Assembly: GCA_025055835.1 (NCBI GenBank)
Contig: JANWWR010000073.1
Location: 11,379 to 75,378 of the forward strand
Length of the DNA: 64,000 nucleotides
Reading direction: 5' to 3'
DNA from: Gemmatales bacterium
Lineage (GTDB): Bacteria > Planctomycetota > Planctomycetia > Gemmatales > HRBIN36
The position numbers were made by a program, and so were the translations under genes. Below, piece by piece: positions 1-9,387 of the stretch; the first letter of the stretch is position 1, and each line of letters opens with the position of its first letter. The notes under the pieces were generated by a model. It worked only from the letters and a program-made list of their open reading frames with translations. It was not told the origin of the DNA and did no database searches.

Positions 1-352
1 GGGTCCACTGGGCCATTTCGTGGTTGCCTAAGAGCATGTGAACCCGGTCGGGATATTGACACTTCAAAGCGGCGAGCAGATCCAAGGCGCGGTGCGAGGC
101 GTCGCTGCCGTCGGGATAGCGTTGTCCGCCGTGGATCAGCTCCTGGACGACGAGATGACGTCGCGGATGTTTAGCCAGATCGGCGAGGTCGAGCAGTTTT
201 TTGAAGTTGGTCAGATTGCCGTGGAGATCGCCGGCGACGACGACGGATTCGGCGTCGGGGATTTGCACAAACCGACCACGGCGTCCGGGGGTATTGCGGA
301 AAGCGTTACAAGCTCGGCGCAGCGTGTTCAGCAATTTGAAAGGGTCGGGCAT
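1..352 (-). CDS. Metallophosphoesterase (calcineurin-like phosphatase family), partial; C-terminus lies beyond the window start
   Basis: Not in the ORF track because there is no stop in the window. Reverse complement reads MPDPFKLLNTLRRACNAF...VVVAGDLHGNL...MLLGNHEMAQWT. GDxHG and GNHE metallophosphoesterase motifs occur in order. ATG at 352-350. Confidence 0.7.
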   Translation of the reverse strand, partial: MPDPFKLLNTLRRACNAFRNTPGRRGRFVQIPDAESVVVAGDLHGNLTNFKKLLDLADLAKHPRRHLVVQELIHGGQRYPDGSDASHRALDLLAALKCQYPDRVHMLLGNHEMAQWT

Positions 353-574
353 GGTGGTGATGTCTTGCAGTGACGGCTTTGAGACAGTATAGCGGCCCTG
401 CGAGCGGGGGATGGTCGTTTCAGGCATTACCAAGGCAACGCGCCAACGGGCAGATGCGCAGTAAAGTTACGACGACGACTGGCTGTCATGCTTCTACTGG
501 TCGGACTGGTCCAAGCGGAATAGGATGCCAGCAGAGCATCGGCGGCAAGTCCCGTCCTGCAAGGACTTCCCGGC

Positions 575-1042
575 ATGGACCTGACGAAGAACCTGAAGAT
601 CGAGAGCGTCTGCCGGCTGAACATGAGCACGCCGGTGACGCTTTCGCCGCGGGACAGCGTCCGTCAGGCCGTGGCGGTGATGCAGCAGCACCGGATCGGC
701 TGCGTGGTCGTGGTGCAGGACGGCAAGTTGGCCGGGATTTTCACCGAGCGGGATTTGCTCAAGCGGATCGTGGCGGTGGGCCGACCGTTGAGCCTGACGC
801 TGGCCGAGTGCATGACGGCCAAGCCCGTCACGGTGCGCAGCAGCGACCCGATCGGCAAAGCCATGCGGTGCATGACCGAGGGCGGCTACCGGCATTTGCC
901 GGTGCTGGACGAGCAGGACCGGGTGGTAGGCGTGCTGTCGGTGAGGCGAATCGTCCGCTATCTGGTCGAGCATTTTCCGCAAACCGTGTACAACCAACCT
1001 CCGGACCCCAACGCCGTGCAGAAGGATCGCGACGGAGCCTAG
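575..1042 (+). CDS. CBS-pair domain protein
   Basis: 155-aa ORF with two CBS-like halves (GIFTERDLLKRI ... GGYRHLPVLDEQDRVVGVLSVRRIVRYL). High GC3 frame. Paralogous to the CBS part of 4130-4642. Confidence 0.8.
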   Translation: MDLTKNLKIESVCRLNMSTPVTLSPRDSVRQAVAVMQQHRIGCVVVVQDGKLAGIFTERDLLKRIVAVGRPLSLTLAECMTAKPVTVRSSDPIGKAMRCMTEGGYRHLPVLDEQDRVVGVLSVRRIVRYLVEHFPQTVYNQPPDPNAVQKDRDGA

Positions 1043-1088
1043 TCGCGGACACGGCCGCTGGGTCGGATTCAAGGAGCAGTGAGGCGAT

Positions 1089-2990
1089 ATGAGTAGCGTG
1101 GCCCGTTCCGTCGAAGAATCACCCAGCGAGTCGCATGAGCGAGGCGGTCCCGTGCGGCACCGAGTCGAGGAACTGGATTCCGTGGTAGTCCGCTTCGCTG
1201 GGGACTCCGGCGACGGTATGCAGTTGGCTGGAACCCAGTTCACCAACGCTTCAGCCATCTTCGGCAATGACATCAGCACTTTGCCCGACTTCCCGGCGGA
1301 AATCCGTGCCCCGGCGGGAACCTTGGCCGGTGTTTCCGGCTTCCAGATCAACTTCAGCAGCCAAGACATCTACACTCCCGGCGACCTGGTCAACACGCTG
1401 GTGGTGATGAACCCGGCCGCTTTGAAGACCAATCTCAAGGACCTGGAGAAAGGCGGCCTGCTGATCGTCAATTCGGACGCCTTCACCTTCAACGACCTTC
1501 GCAAGGCGGACTACGCCACGAACCCCTTGGAAGACGGTTCACTCTCCGCCTACCGCGTCATCAAGGTGCCGATCAACACGCTGAATCGGGAAGCGCTCAA
1601 GGACATCCGGCTCAGCCCCCGCGAAGTGGACCGCTGCAAGAACTTCTTCGCGTTGGGGCTGGTTTACTGGCTTTATGAACGGCCATTGGAACCGACACTG
1701 CGGTGGATTCGGGAGAAGTTCGCCAAGAACCCGGCCATTCTGGAAGCCAACACTCGGGCCTTGAAAGCGGGCTACAACTTCGGCGAAACCACGGAATTGT
1801 TCCCGGTCCAGTACCGCGTGCCCAAGGCCCACATCAAGCCGGGCACCTATCGCAAGATCACCGGCAACGAGGCGACGGCCTTGGGGCTGGTGACGGCCTC
1901 GATCCTGTGCAACAAGACGCTGATCTACTGCTCGTATCCGATTACCCCGGCCAGCGACATCCTTCATGCGTTGGCTGAGATGAGGCGCTACGGCGTCCGC
2001 ACCTTCCAGGCCGAGGACGAGATCGCGGCGGTGGGAGCGGCGATCGGGGCGTCGTTCGGCGGGGCCTTGGGGGTGACTGGCAGCAGCGGTCCGGGCCTGT
2101 GCCTGAAGTCGGAGGCGATCGGGTTGGCGGTCATGGTCGAACTGCCGCTGGTGGTCATTGACGTGCAGCGTGGAGGTCCCAGCACGGGCCTGCCGACCAA
2201 GACCGAACAAGCCGACCTGCTTCAGGCGCTTTTTGGCCGCAATGGCGAGTCGCCGGTGGCGGTTGTCGCGCCGTGCTCCCCAGCCGACTGTTTCGACATG
2301 ATTATCGAGGCCGTCCGGATTGCCCTGCGCTTCATGACGCCGGTGATTCTGCTGTCCGACGGCTACCTGGGCAACGGGGCCGAGCCGTGGCTGATTCCGG
2401 ACGTCAACGCCCTGCCGCGGATCGAGATTTCGCACCCGACGAAGCCCAACCACGACGGGCAGTTCATGCCCTACCTGCGGGACGAGCGACTGGTCCGGCA
2501 GTGGGCCTTGCCTGGCACGCCGGGCCTGGAGCACCGCATCGGCGGGTTGGAAAAGGAAGACGTGACCGGCAACGTCAGCTACGACCCGATCAACCACGAG
2601 AAGATGGTTCGCATCCGCGCCCAAAAGGTCGCCAACATCGCCAACGAGATTCCGCCGTTGAGCGTCAACGGGCCGGAGGAAGGCGATCTGCTGGTTATCG
2701 GCTGGGGCGGCACGTTCGGCTCCATCACCACGGCGGTGAATCGCGCCCGCCGCAAGGGGCTGAAGGTGGCCTCGGCCCACCTGCGTTACCTCAACCCGAT
2801 GCCGAAGAATACCGGTGAGGTGCTGCGGCGGTACAAGCGGGTGTTGGTGCCGGAACTCAACTGCGGCCAACTGCTCTTGCTCTTGCGCGGCCGCTACCTC
2901 GTGGATGCGGTCGGACTCAACAAGATTCAGGGCAAGCCGTTCCTGGTTTCCGAGATCGAATCGGAAATCTATCGGCTTATCGGCAGCTAA
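1089..2990 (+). CDS. korA: 2-oxoacid:ferredoxin (acceptor) oxidoreductase, alpha subunit (fused gamma/alpha type)
   Basis: 633 aa. N-terminal [13 protein letters not shown]...[11 protein letters not shown] block, then the ITGNEA...YPITPASD pyrimidine-binding block typical of KorA/OFOR alpha. Followed by the beta subunit. Confidence 0.9.
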   Translation: MSSVARSVEESPSESHERGGPVRHRVEELDSVVVRFAGDSGDGMQLAGTQFTNASAIFGNDISTLPDFPAEIRAPAGTLAGVSGFQINFSSQDIYTPGDLVNTLVVMNPAALKTNLKDLEKGGLLIVNSDAFTFNDLRKADYATNPLEDGSLSAYRVIKVPINTLNREALKDIRLSPREVDRCKNFFALGLVYWLYERPLEPTLRWIREKFAKNPAILEANTRALKAGYNFGETTELFPVQYRVPKAHIKPGTYRKITGNEATALGLVTASILCNKTLIYCSYPITPASDILHALAEMRRYGVRTFQAEDEIAAVGAAIGASFGGALGVTGSSGPGLCLKSEAIGLAVMVELPLVVIDVQRGGPSTGLPTKTEQADLLQALFGRNGESPVAVVAPCSPADCFDMIIEAVRIALRFMTPVILLSDGYLGNGAEPWLIPDVNALPRIEISHPTKPNHDGQFMPYLRDERLVRQWALPGTPGLEHRIGGLEKEDVTGNVSYDPINHEKMVRIRAQKVANIANEIPPLSVNGPEEGDLLVIGWGGTFGSITTAVNRARRKGLKVASAHLRYLNPMPKNTGEVLRRYKRVLVPELNCGQLLLLLRGRYLVDAVGLNKIQGKPFLVSEIESEIYRLIGS

Positions 2991-3000
2991 GATGACTACA

Positions 3001-3074
3001 GGCGAGCCGGGGACGCCAAGTCCCCTGGTCGCAAAACGCTCAACACGGCGAGCCGGGGACGTAAGACCCCTGGT
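3001..3074 (+). repeat. Tandem 29/28-nt direct repeat in the korA-korB spacer; each copy can form a hairpin
   Basis: 3001-3029 ggcgagccggggacgccaagtcccctggt and 3047-3074 ggcgagccggggacgtaagacccctggt. The 15-nt 5' part and 8-nt 3' part are identical and the loop differs. CCGGGG pairs with CCCUGG (one G.U pair). Copy 1 extends with gcga/tcgc. Confidence 0.6.
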
Positions 3075-3104
3075 GATACAGTCAAGAACCCAAACGAGGA
3101 CACC

Positions 3105-4133
3105 ATGTCAACGGTCGCTACCACACCGCTCCCCACCCTGACGCCCAAGGATCTTTCCAGCGATCAAGACGTCCGCTGGTGCCCGGGATGCGGTGATTAT
3201 TCGATTCTGGCCCAGATGAAAAAGGCCCTGGCGGGGCTGGGCATTCCGCGGGAAAAGTTCGTGTTCATCTCGGGTATCGGCTGCTCGAGCCGGTTCCCGT
3301 ACTACATGAACACCTACGGTTTCCACACCATCCACGGTCGCGCACCGACCTTCGCCACGGGGCTGAAGATCGCTCGGCCGGATCTGTCGGTGTGGGTGAT
3401 CACCGGCGACGGTGACGGCCTGTCCATCGGCGGCAACCATTTGATCCACGCCATCCGTCGCAACGTGGACATCAAGATCATCCTGTTCAACAACGAAATC
3501 TACGGCCTGACCAAGGGTCAGTATTCGCCGACGTCTCGCATCGGCACCCGCACCAAGTCGTCGCCCCAGGGATCGGTCGAGAATCCGCTGCGACCGCTGT
3601 CCATTGCCATCGGGGCCGAGGCTACCTTCGTGGCCCGCACTTTGGACGTGGACGTCAATCACCTGACCGACACGCTCCGCCGGGCCGCCTTCCACAAGGG
3701 AGCGGCCTTCGTGGAGATCTATCAGAATTGCAAGATCTTCAACGACGGCGTCTTCGAGTACGCCACGGACAAGAGCGTGAAGGCGGATAACACGCTGTAT
3801 CTCGAACACGGCAAGCCGCTGATCTTCGGCAAGGATCGCAATAAAGGCATTCGTTTGAAGGGGCTGGACCCTGAAGTGGTGACGCTCGGCAACGGCGTGG
3901 CCGCCGACGATCTCTTGATCCACGACGAAAAGGCCGAAGAGCCGAGCCTGGCGTATCTGCTCAGCCGTATGGTCTATCCCCGCTTTCCGGAGTGTTTCGG
4001 CGTGTTCCGGGCGGTCGAGCGGCCGACCTACGAGGCCCTCATCAACAAGCAGGTGGAAGACGTCATCCGGGCCAAGGGGCCGGGCAAACTGGAGGAACTG
4101 TTTGCCAGCGACGACATCTGGGTAGTGTCATGA
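3105..4133 (+). CDS. korB: 2-oxoacid:ferredoxin oxidoreductase, beta subunit (TPP-binding)
   Basis: 342 aa with a CPGCGDYSIL N-terminal motif and a GDGDGLSIGGNHLIH...NNEIYGLTKGQ TPP-binding motif. Confidence 0.9.
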   Translation: MSTVATTPLPTLTPKDLSSDQDVRWCPGCGDYSILAQMKKALAGLGIPREKFVFISGIGCSSRFPYYMNTYGFHTIHGRAPTFATGLKIARPDLSVWVITGDGDGLSIGGNHLIHAIRRNVDIKIILFNNEIYGLTKGQYSPTSRIGTRTKSSPQGSVENPLRPLSIAIGAEATFVARTLDVDVNHLTDTLRRAAFHKGAAFVEIYQNCKIFNDGVFEYATDKSVKADNTLYLEHGKPLIFGKDRNKGIRLKGLDPEVVTLGNGVAADDLLIHDEKAEEPSLAYLLSRMVYPRFPECFGVFRAVERPTYEALINKQVEDVIRAKGPGKLEELFASDDIWVVS

Positions 4134-4642
4134 TCTGCCCGAACTGCGGTCACGACAACTTGCCGGGGGCCGAAGAGTGCGCCCAGTGCATGCAGGACCT
4201 GACCCATCTGGACAGGCCCTCGGCCCAGGACCGCATCGAAAAAGCACTTCTGGAAGAGCCGGTATCCGTGCTTCCGCCGGCCCGGCCCGTCACGGTTCGG
4301 CCCACCGAGACGGTTCGGCAGGCCGTGCAGACCATGGTCGAAAACAGCGTCGGCGCGGTGCTGGTCGTCGGCGACGGCGGCAAACTGCTGGGCATTTTCT
4401 CCGAGCGGGACGTGCTCAACCGCCTGGCTGGGCTGCACGATCAATACGAAGAACTGCCCGTCAGCCACTTCATGACGCCCGACCCCGAAACCGTCTCCGC
4501 CGACGACAAGCTCGCCTTCGCTCTCCACAAGATGGACGGCGGCGGCTATCGCCATCTGCCCGTCATGGCCGACGGCATACCCCAAGGCATCATCTCCGTG
4601 CGGGACATTCTCCGCTACGTCAGCCAGTTGTGCTTCGAGTAA
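4130..4642 (+). CDS. Zinc-ribbon + CBS-pair domain protein, translationally coupled to korB
   Basis: ATG at 4130 overlaps the korB stop (ATGA). MICPNCGHDNLPGAEECAQC is CxxC-x11-CxxC, followed by a CBS pair (GIFSERDVLNRL, GGGYRHLPVMADG...ISVRDILRYV). The track ORF 3992-4642 is a 5' over-extension inside korB. Confidence 0.8.
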   Translation: MICPNCGHDNLPGAEECAQCMQDLTHLDRPSAQDRIEKALLEEPVSVLPPARPVTVRPTETVRQAVQTMVENSVGAVLVVGDGGKLLGIFSERDVLNRLAGLHDQYEELPVSHFMTPDPETVSADDKLAFALHKMDGGGYRHLPVMADGIPQGIISVRDILRYVSQLCFE

Positions 4643-4681
4643 ACTGGAACTGGGCTTTCGGACCTTTCGACGGCCGGGCAC

Positions 4682-5623
4682 TCACGGAATCAGGACCTCG
4701 ATCTTCGCGGTCTTCCGCATGTCTTCGACAATCTTCATCCGCAGCTCCTCGGCGACAAGCATCCGAGCATCGTCCTTGACCTCCTCGAAATTGCTTGGCT
4801 TGCCCGGCTTGCGTTCCGTGACCTTGATCAGATGGAAGCCGTAGTCGGTCTGCACGACGTGGCTGATCTCGTTGACCTTCATCGCGGAGACGGTCCGCAG
4901 AAACGGATCGGTTTCGTTCTTGCCGCTGGGGGGGAACCAGCCCAGGTCGCCGCCCTGGGCCGCGCTGGCGTCCTGACCGTGCTTGCGGGCCAGTTCGGCG
5001 AAGTCGGCCCCGGCCAGGGCCTGCTGGCGAATGGCGAGCATCTTCTGCCGCGTCTCGGCCAGCACTTTCGGATCGGCGTCGCGGGGAGCACGGAGAAAGA
5101 CCTGGCTGGCCCGGATCATCACGCCGTCGAAAAGCTCCTTGTTGTCCTCGTAGTATTTTTTGACGTCCTCCTCGGTGACGTGCTTTTTCACATAGGCGTT
5201 CCACTGCACGACGGCGTTGATGTCCCGCTCCAGCCGTTCCGGCGACTGCCCGCTGTCTTCGTAGAACTGTTTCAGCGTTTTACCCCGGGCTTTCAGACTC
5301 CGCTCCAGTTCTGCCATGCGTTCCTTGGCCACCGCCGGGTCGGGCGGCGGCACGTTCTTGCGGAGAAACTGCTGAAAGAGCGTCTCGTCGATGAGCGTTT
5401 GCAGAAGTTGGTGGCGGAGGAACTTGTGCTGTTCCGGAGTGAGATTGGGCTGCGCTCCCGGTCCTTTGGCGTAGATGTTCTCGAACTCGGCCAGGGGAAT
5501 GACCTCGCCGTTGACGACCGCGGCGGCTTTGGGCGGCGCGGGGGCCTTCGGTTCGGCCCAGGCTGATTGCCAGCCCAGAATCAGTGTCGCAACCGACAGG
5601 ATAACCAGGCGAATTCGAGCCAT
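4682..5623 (-). CDS. Secreted parvulin-type peptidyl-prolyl isomerase (SurA/PrsA-like)
   Basis: Real start is MARIRLVILSVATLILGWQSAWA (signal peptide) at 5623. PpiC rotamase block ASQVFL...GGDLGWF...GFHLIKV. The rest of the 694-aa track ORF is antisense to 5876-6742. Confidence 0.85.
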   Translation of the reverse strand: MARIRLVILSVATLILGWQSAWAEPKAPAPPKAAAVVNGEVIPLAEFENIYAKGPGAQPNLTPEQHKFLRHQLLQTLIDETLFQQFLRKNVPPPDPAVAKERMAELERSLKARGKTLKQFYEDSGQSPERLERDINAVVQWNAYVKKHVTEEDVKKYYEDNKELFDGVMIRASQVFLRAPRDADPKVLAETRQKMLAIRQQALAGADFAELARKHGQDASAAQGGDLGWFPPSGKNETDPFLRTVSAMKVNEISHVVQTDYGFHLIKVTERKPGKPSNFEEVKDDARMLVAEELRMKIVEDMRKTAKIEVLIP

Positions 5624-5875
5624 CGCTTCAGTCCTTTCTGCCAAAAAACGCACCGCCCCCGGCTGGCAACGAAATCCCGTCCGGCCGCTGTGTTCCTTCG
5701 GGGCGATACCGAGCGGAGTCGCCGTCCTATAGCGATGGGGAGGAAGGCCGTCGAGATCAGCTTTCGGGGGGATTTTCCACCGTCTGCGGTGATTGACCGC
5801 TAATGCCCGGTCGCTACCATGCCGGAAAAGGGACCGACGGACTCGCAACCATTCGCCAAGCCGTGAGGGCCGACC

Positions 5876-6742
5876 ATGAACCGGATGCCGAATCGCCGCC
5901 AGATCATCCGCACCGTCGCCGCCGGGGCCGTGGGCCTGACCGTGCTGCCGGCCCGCTACGCCGCCCTGGCCGAGGACAACCGCACTGTCAAAGGCAACAT
6001 CAAGCAATCCGTCTGCCGTTGGTGCTACGGTCGGGTTCCTTTGGAAAAGCTTGCCGCCGAGGCTGCCCGGATCGGCTACAAATCCATCGAGTTGATCGGA
6101 CCTGAGGAATACAAGGTCATCAAGCCCTTCGGCCTGACCTGCGCCATGGTCCGCTGCAAGTCGATCACCGACGGCCTGAACCGCAAGGAGAATCACGACT
6201 GGATCGAGGAGGAGCTGCGAACCAACATCGAATTCGCAGCAGCCGAGGGGATTCCCAACGTCCTGTGCATGTCGGGTAATCGGCGTGGCATGAGCGACGA
6301 GGAGGGTCTGGAAAATTGCGTCGTCGGGTTGAAGCGGGTGATTGGCCTGGCGGAACAGAAGAAAGTTACCATCTGCATGGAACTTCTCAACAGCAAGGTG
6401 GACCACAAGGACTACATGTGCGACCGGACGGCCTGGGGCGTGGCCCTGGTCAAGAAGCTCGGCTCCCCACGCTTCAAGCTGCTCTACGACATCTATCACA
6501 TGCAAATCATGGAAGGGGATATCATCCGCACCATTCGGGACAATAAGGAGTACATCGGACACTACCACACCGGCGGCGTTCCTGGTCGGCACGAGATCGA
6601 TGAGAGCCAGGAGTTGTATTACCCCGCCATCGTGAAGGCGATTCTGGAAACCGGCTACACGGGTTTTCTGGGTCAGGAGTACATTCCGACCAAGGAACCG
6701 GCCGTGGCCTTGGCCTCGGGCTTCCGGATCTGCGATGTGTGA
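5876..6742 (+). CDS. Xylose-isomerase-like TIM-barrel protein (hydroxypyruvate isomerase-like) with Tat signal
   Basis: 288 aa. N-terminus MNRMPNRRQIIRTVAAGAVGLTVLPARYAALA has a twin-arginine motif, hydrophobic region and AxA site. Sugar-phosphate isomerase/epimerase-like body (ICMELLNSKVDHKDY, GHYHTGG). Confidence 0.75.
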   Translation: MNRMPNRRQIIRTVAAGAVGLTVLPARYAALAEDNRTVKGNIKQSVCRWCYGRVPLEKLAAEAARIGYKSIELIGPEEYKVIKPFGLTCAMVRCKSITDGLNRKENHDWIEEELRTNIEFAAAEGIPNVLCMSGNRRGMSDEEGLENCVVGLKRVIGLAEQKKVTICMELLNSKVDHKDYMCDRTAWGVALVKKLGSPRFKLLYDIYHMQIMEGDIIRTIRDNKEYIGHYHTGGVPGRHEIDESQELYYPAIVKAILETGYTGFLGQEYIPTKEPAVALASGFRICDV

Positions 6743-7832
6743 CCGTCCTGTATCCGCACAGACCATCGCCCCTGCCGATCAGCGAGGAGAAGTGACCGAC
6801 GCTTTGCCGCAGCTCATGCGTAGTGCCGTTCTGGTGGCTCCGGGGTGCGTCGAGATTCGGGACGTGCCGGTGCCGCGGCCCGGCCCTGGAGAGGTGGTGA
6901 TCCGCATCGAGCGGGCTTTGGCTGGCGGTACGGATCGCAAGGCATTCCAACGCGGCCATCCGCAGATTCCGATGCCGGGACCGTTCGGTCACCGCTACGC
7001 CGGCGTCGTCGCTGCCGTCGGCGAAGGGGGTCCCGATCTGGCCGTCGGACAGCCGGTCATGGGAGTGCATACTGCCCCGTGTCTCCGCTGCTCCTTCTGT
7101 CGCAAGGAGCGTTGGAGCCTGTGCCCTCATGTCATGCGGGACAAGGTGCTGGGCGCTTTTGCCCAATTCCTTCGGATTCCCGCCCACATCGCCAAACTTC
7201 ACGTGTTTCCGCGCCCTGCCCGGCTCAACGCCTCCCATGCCGCCTTGCTGGAACCGCTGGCCTGCGTCGTCCACGGACTGGAGCAGATCGTCTGGCGGCA
7301 TGTGGAAAGCGTGCTGGTCGTCGGCCTGGGTGTGATCGGGCTGCTGTTCGGTCAACTGCTTCCACGCTACACGTCGGCGACGCGCTGCGGAGCCGGTCGG
7401 CGGAAACGGCGGATCGAGCTGGCTCGGCGGTTCGGTTTCGATCCCGTGTGGGAGGTGCCGGCGGGAGGAGAACTGCCTGCCGAGTTGAGACGCCGCCGCT
7501 TCGATGTCGTGTTGGAATGCACGGGCAAGGTGGAAGGCTGGCAGCTGGCCTTCGATCACGTCCTTCCGGGCGGGCAGGTACTCCTGTTCGGCGGGTTGCC
7601 CAAAGGGACGATGTGGCCGGTTGATTGCACGCGGCTGCACTACGAGGAAATCCGCCTGGTCGGTGGATTCCACTTCGGCCCCCCGGACGTGCTCAAAGCC
7701 CGGCAGGTGCTTCTGGACGGCGGACTGGACCTCGACCCGCTCATTGACGGCTGCATGTCGCTCGAGGAATTGCCCGAAGTGATGCGGCGGCTCAGTGCCA
7801 GCGAGGGGATGCAGTATGCCATCGCTCCCTGA
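6735..7832 (+). CDS. MDR-family (Zn-ADH-like) dehydrogenase with a degenerate catalytic-Zn site
   Basis: 365-aa ORF; an alternative start MRSAVLV at 6816 fits the MDR N-terminus better. Structural-Zn lobe CLRCSFCRKERWSLC is present. Catalytic motifs read ALAGGTD and GHRYAG instead of CGxD and GHE. Confidence 0.75.
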   Translation: MCDRPVSAQTIAPADQRGEVTDALPQLMRSAVLVAPGCVEIRDVPVPRPGPGEVVIRIERALAGGTDRKAFQRGHPQIPMPGPFGHRYAGVVAAVGEGGPDLAVGQPVMGVHTAPCLRCSFCRKERWSLCPHVMRDKVLGAFAQFLRIPAHIAKLHVFPRPARLNASHAALLEPLACVVHGLEQIVWRHVESVLVVGLGVIGLLFGQLLPRYTSATRCGAGRRKRRIELARRFGFDPVWEVPAGGELPAELRRRRFDVVLECTGKVEGWQLAFDHVLPGGQVLLFGGLPKGTMWPVDCTRLHYEEIRLVGGFHFGPPDVLKARQVLLDGGLDLDPLIDGCMSLEELPEVMRRLSASEGMQYAIAP

Positions 7833-8901
7833 GACGCCGATGTCCCCGTCCCCCGTTTCCGCCTCGGTGCCGCCGACGTGTCGCATGGTTCGCATCGTCG
7901 CTGCGGATCGGCTCGAAGTCGTCGAAGCCCCACCGCCGCGACTGCGAGAGGCCGGAGATCTGCTCATCCGCACAGCCGTCTGCGGCATCTGTTCCGGCGA
8001 TCTGATGCCGTGGTACCTGACCCGCAAAATCGGCACGGTGCTGGGGCATGAGATGGTTGGCTGGGCCGTCGAGGTCGGTCAGGACGTGCGGGGCATCGCG
8101 GTGGGTGATCTGGTGTTTTTCCACCATCATGCCCCGTGCGGCCGATGCGATCACTGCCGCCGCAAGGCGTTCGTTCACTGTCCGCAATGGCGAAAAAGCA
8201 GGATCGAGCCGGGCGGCATGTCGGAGTGGATTCGCGTCCCCGCCGACATCGTGGCGCACGACTGCTTTGCCGTGAACGACCTGACCCCCGACCAGGCGAT
8301 GTTCATCGAACCGTTGGGTTGTTGCGTCAAAGCTCTGCGGCGCGTTCCGAGTGACATAGCGGGGTCAACGGGTGTCGTCGTAGGCTGCGGCGTCATGGGA
8401 ATGCTCAATCTGATGACGGCTCGGGCCTTCGGGGCGGCCCGCCTCCTGGCCGTCGAACCCGATCCGATCCGGGCGAGACTAGCCAGGAAATACGGGGCTG
8501 ACATGGTTCTGTCACCGGAGCAGGCCCGCAGCGACACCCGGCAGATTGCCGATTGGGTCGTGATCGGTCCCGGGCATCCCGACGTGATCCGTGACGCCTT
8601 GCACTACGTCCGACCGGCCGGCACCGCGATCCTGTTCACGCCGACGCCGGACGGCGTGACGACGAATCTGGACCTTGGCGAATCATACTTCCGCGAAGTG
8701 AGCCTGATACCCTCCTACTCCTGCGGGCCGGAAGACACGCGGGAGGCGTACAATCTTTTGAGAATGGGCCAGGTCGATCCCCGACCGCTGATCACGCATC
8801 GCTTTCCGCTGAGCGAGGCGCAGACCGCATTCGACACAGCCCGAGCCGGCGGGGCGGCGCTGAAAGTGGTCGTGGAGATGCATCGGGAGAGGCCGACGTG
8901 A
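7795..8901 (+). CDS. Zn-dependent alcohol/polyol dehydrogenase (MDR family)
   Basis: Canonical VCGICSGD, GHEMVGWAVEVG, structural-Zn CGRCDHCRRKAFVHC, and Rossmann VVGCGVMG. The likely start is MVRIVAAD at 7885 (or 7816); the track start 7795 overlaps the upstream gene. Confidence 0.85.
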   Translation: MPARGCSMPSLPETPMSPSPVSASVPPTCRMVRIVAADRLEVVEAPPPRLREAGDLLIRTAVCGICSGDLMPWYLTRKIGTVLGHEMVGWAVEVGQDVRGIAVGDLVFFHHHAPCGRCDHCRRKAFVHCPQWRKSRIEPGGMSEWIRVPADIVAHDCFAVNDLTPDQAMFIEPLGCCVKALRRVPSDIAGSTGVVVGCGVMGMLNLMTARAFGAARLLAVEPDPIRARLARKYGADMVLSPEQARSDTRQIADWVVIGPGHPDVIRDALHYVRPAGTAILFTPTPDGVTTNLDLGESYFREVSLIPSYSCGPEDTREAYNLLRMGQVDPRPLITHRFPLSEAQTAFDTARAGGAALKVVVEMHRERPT

Positions 8902-9371
8902 ACCAGTCCAGTGCCTGCGATTTTCCGAGCGACCCCGGCGGTCGAGAGCAGATCCCCCAGGGGTCTCGGGTTCAGCGCTGCCTCGGCGGCTTTCGCTGGG
9001 AAGGCGTCCCCGTGCAGCAGTACAAAAGCGAAGCGGACCACTGGCGGGGGGTGATCCGCATGGTGCTGGCCGGGGAGAGCGGCGAACGGACGGCCTTTCA
9101 CGTCCGCTATTTCGAGGTCGCTCCGGGCGGTTTCACGTCGCTGGAGCGGCATCGGCATGAACATGTCGTCTTCGTGCTTCGCGGCTGCGGCGAAGTGCAA
9201 CTGGACCAAACCGTGCACCGCATCGGACCCGGCGACCTGATCTACGTCGCCCCGGAGGAACTGCATCAATTCCGCAATCCGGCGGGGGCCGAACCGCTGG
9301 GTTTTCTCTGCATCGTGGACGCGGTTCGGGATCGGCCTCGGCTGGCCGACGTGCCCCTGCCGGGCTGCTGA
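8898..9371 (+). CDS. Cupin-2 domain protein
   Basis: GTG start overlaps the upstream stop (GTGA). Cupin motif 1 is LERHRHEHVVFVLRGCG and motif 2 is GPGDLIYVAPEELHQFRN. Confidence 0.75.
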   Translation: MNQSSACDFPSDPGGREQIPQGSRVQRCLGGFRWEGVPVQQYKSEADHWRGVIRMVLAGESGERTAFHVRYFEVAPGGFTSLERHRHEHVVFVLRGCGEVQLDQTVHRIGPGDLIYVAPEELHQFRNPAGAEPLGFLCIVDAVRDRPRLADVPLPGC

Positions 9372-9387
9372 ATCATTCCTGGCAGTG

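Noticed and set aside
370-2870. Multiple 200-440-aa ORFs (370-1092 +, 494-1369 -, 1539-2870 -) overlapping the CBS and korA genes
   Set aside because: They are out of frame with or antisense to genes with strong family motifs, and their composition (R/G/P/A-rich) is typical of GC-rich non-coding frames. The same reasoning applies to 3108-3923, 33631-34974, 43608-44960, 46112-47248, 49013-50497, 51112-52410, 56353-58008 and 58443-59933.
5624-6766. N-terminal 380 aa of the 694-aa track ORF 4682-6766 (-)
   Set aside because: This part runs antisense through the TIM-barrel gene 5876-6742 and has no PPIase-related sequence. An internal ATG at 5623 gives a clean signal peptide followed by the SurA/parvulin body.
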